From: an uncultured Akkermansia sp.
GTDB lineage: Bacteria; Verrucomicrobiota; Kiritimatiellia; RFP12; JAAYNR01
Length of the DNA: 16,964 nucleotides
Direction: 5' to 3'
Assembly (NCBI GenBank): GCA_964580075.1
Contig: CAZOJL010000069.1
Coordinates: 1 to 16,964 of the forward strand
Of the stretch, positions 16,296 to 16,964 are shown one piece after another. The position numbers were made by a program, and so were the translations under genes. How positions within the stretch are numbered: position 1 is the stretch's first letter; each line of letters starts with the position of its first letter. The notes below the pieces were generated by a model. It was given only the letters and a program-made list of their open reading frames with translations. It searched no databases and was not told the origin of the DNA.

Positions 16296-16351
16296 CGTCT
16301 TCCTCCGTTAGGCTTTGCCAGCAAAATTCCGGCATCGGCCGATTAAATGGT

Positions 16352-16633
16352 TTATTTGCCGTCTTCTGAACCCGCCGGCGCCGGGTCGCCGGCGTCCCAG
16401 ATGTACAACCCCTCGGGTACGGGCACTCGGTTGCGCGACAGCTCCCAGGTCGATCCCGTCCAGACGTAGACCCGGCCGCGCACCCCCGGACCCGCCCGCA
16501 CCGGGGCGTCGGCCGATGGCACAAACACCACCCGCGGCCCGGTGCATCCGGCCAGGAAGAGCGCCAACCCCAGCGCGGCCGCGGCCAGCGCCCGCAAGGC
16601 CCCACCGCCCACTGATAACCGGTCACTGATCAC
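16352..16633 (-). CDS. Small predicted lipoprotein (lipobox LAGC)
   Basis: Signal peptide ALRALAAAALGLALFLAGC followed by a Pro/Gly-rich mature region. GTG start at 16633 preceded by a purine-rich SD. Alternative GTG start downstream. Confidence 0.45.
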   Translation of the reverse strand: MISDRLSVGGGALRALAAAALGLALFLAGCTGPRVVFVPSADAPVRAGPGVRGRVYVWTGSTWELSRNRVPVPEGLYIWDAGDPAPAGSEDGK

Positions 16634-16636
16634 AGA

Positions 16637-16798
16637 TCACTTTTCCTTCCCCCTCCCGGCCTTCCATTCCGCCAGTCGCCTGTCGAGCCGCTCGCGCAAC
16701 CCCGGCTTGGCAGATACGTCCTCGCCGGCTGTGCCGGTTTGGCTTTTCACCAACCCGGTCAGCCAGTCGAGAATCGCCTTGAAGAGCGCCGCCCACAT
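16637..16798 (-). CDS. Hypothetical 53-aa protein (MWAALFKAILDWLTGLVKSQ...)
   Basis: Short ORF not in the six-frame track (<60 aa). It fills the gap between the partial membrane-protein gene (7 nt upstream) and the lipoprotein gene (3 nt downstream), which suggests an operon. No homology recognised. Confidence 0.25.
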   Translation of the reverse strand: MWAALFKAILDWLTGLVKSQTGTAGEDVSAKPGLRERLDRRLAEWKAGRGKEK

Positions 16799-16805
16799 GC
16801 AGCGC

Positions 16806-16964
16806 TTACCCTTTCTTGGCCAGGCCGCGGCTTATGGTGTACCCCATTGCCGTGAAGGCCGCCGTCACCAGCGCCACCACCTTTGGCCACACTCCCGCTT
16901 CGGGGATGGCCCCGCTGGCGATCAGGAAGCCGACCATCGTCGCCCCCAGCGTCAGCCAGAATTC
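16806..16964 (-). CDS. C-terminal part of a small two-TM membrane protein (holin-like). The 5' end is beyond the window.
   Basis: Translation EFWLTLGATMVGFLIASGAIPEAGVWPKVVALVTAAFTAMGYTISRGLAKKG* has two hydrophobic helices and a basic tail. TAA stop at 16808-16806. Confidence 0.3.
   Translation of the reverse strand, partial: EFWLTLGATMVGFLIASGAIPEAGVWPKVVALVTAAFTAMGYTISRGLAKKG

Larger units (their letters stand above)
14396..16964. mobile_element. Integrative element (prophage remnant / genomic island) inserted in tRNA-Arg(TCT), left boundary at ~14395. It extends beyond the right edge of the window.
   Basis: tRNA 3'-fragment with its broken end facing the element, an AT-rich att region, a tyrosine integrase, an excisionase-like HTH gene and small accessory ORFs. 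Orientation implies the intact tRNA-Arg lies at the far end, outside the window. Confidence 0.55.

Noticed and set aside
15866-16346. Plus-strand ORFs 15866-16060 (64 aa, GTG start) and 15903-16346 (147 aa) downstream of int
   Set aside because: They overlap the convincingly HTH-containing minus-strand gene 15999-16295. The translations are Arg/Pro-rich with no motifs. Judged to be GC-frame artefacts.
16621-16640. GGTCACTGATCACAGATCACTT, which looks like a palindrome or operator
   Set aside because: Not a true reverse-complement palindrome; it only contains the self-complementary TGATCA hexamer. It sits at the junction of two coupled small ORFs.

Overview
This is a high-GC (~63-65%) bacterial chromosomal window, probably from an anaerobic diderm given hydF and mlaA/mlaC. 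It splits into three blocks. Block 1 (1-6872): pheT (5'-truncated at the window edge) converges on a tightly packed minus-strand operon, TerB-domain fusion protein -> NfeD/YqiJ -> flotillin (YqiK/FloA-like) -> family-4 uracil-DNA glycosylase. Block 2 (6873-14340): a 690-bp divergent intergenic region holds a nested, REP/BIME-like inverted-repeat element with mutually exclusive alternative hairpins. After it come an orphan [FeFe]-hydrogenase maturase gene hydF and a four-gene plus-strand operon mlaA(vacJ)-mlaC(ttg2D)-MMPL/RND exporter-DUF1846(UPF0371). The last two genes overlap in ATGA, and no MlaFEDB genes are present. Block 3 (14345-16964): a 50-nt 3' fragment of tRNA-Arg(TCT) on the minus strand is followed by an AT-rich region, a tyrosine integrase, an AlpA/excisionase-like HTH gene and small lipoprotein/membrane-protein genes. 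This is the attR-type boundary of an integrative element that runs off the right edge. No rRNA, intact tRNA or CRISPR array is present. Many overlapping antisense ORFs in the six-frame track are GC-rich artefacts.
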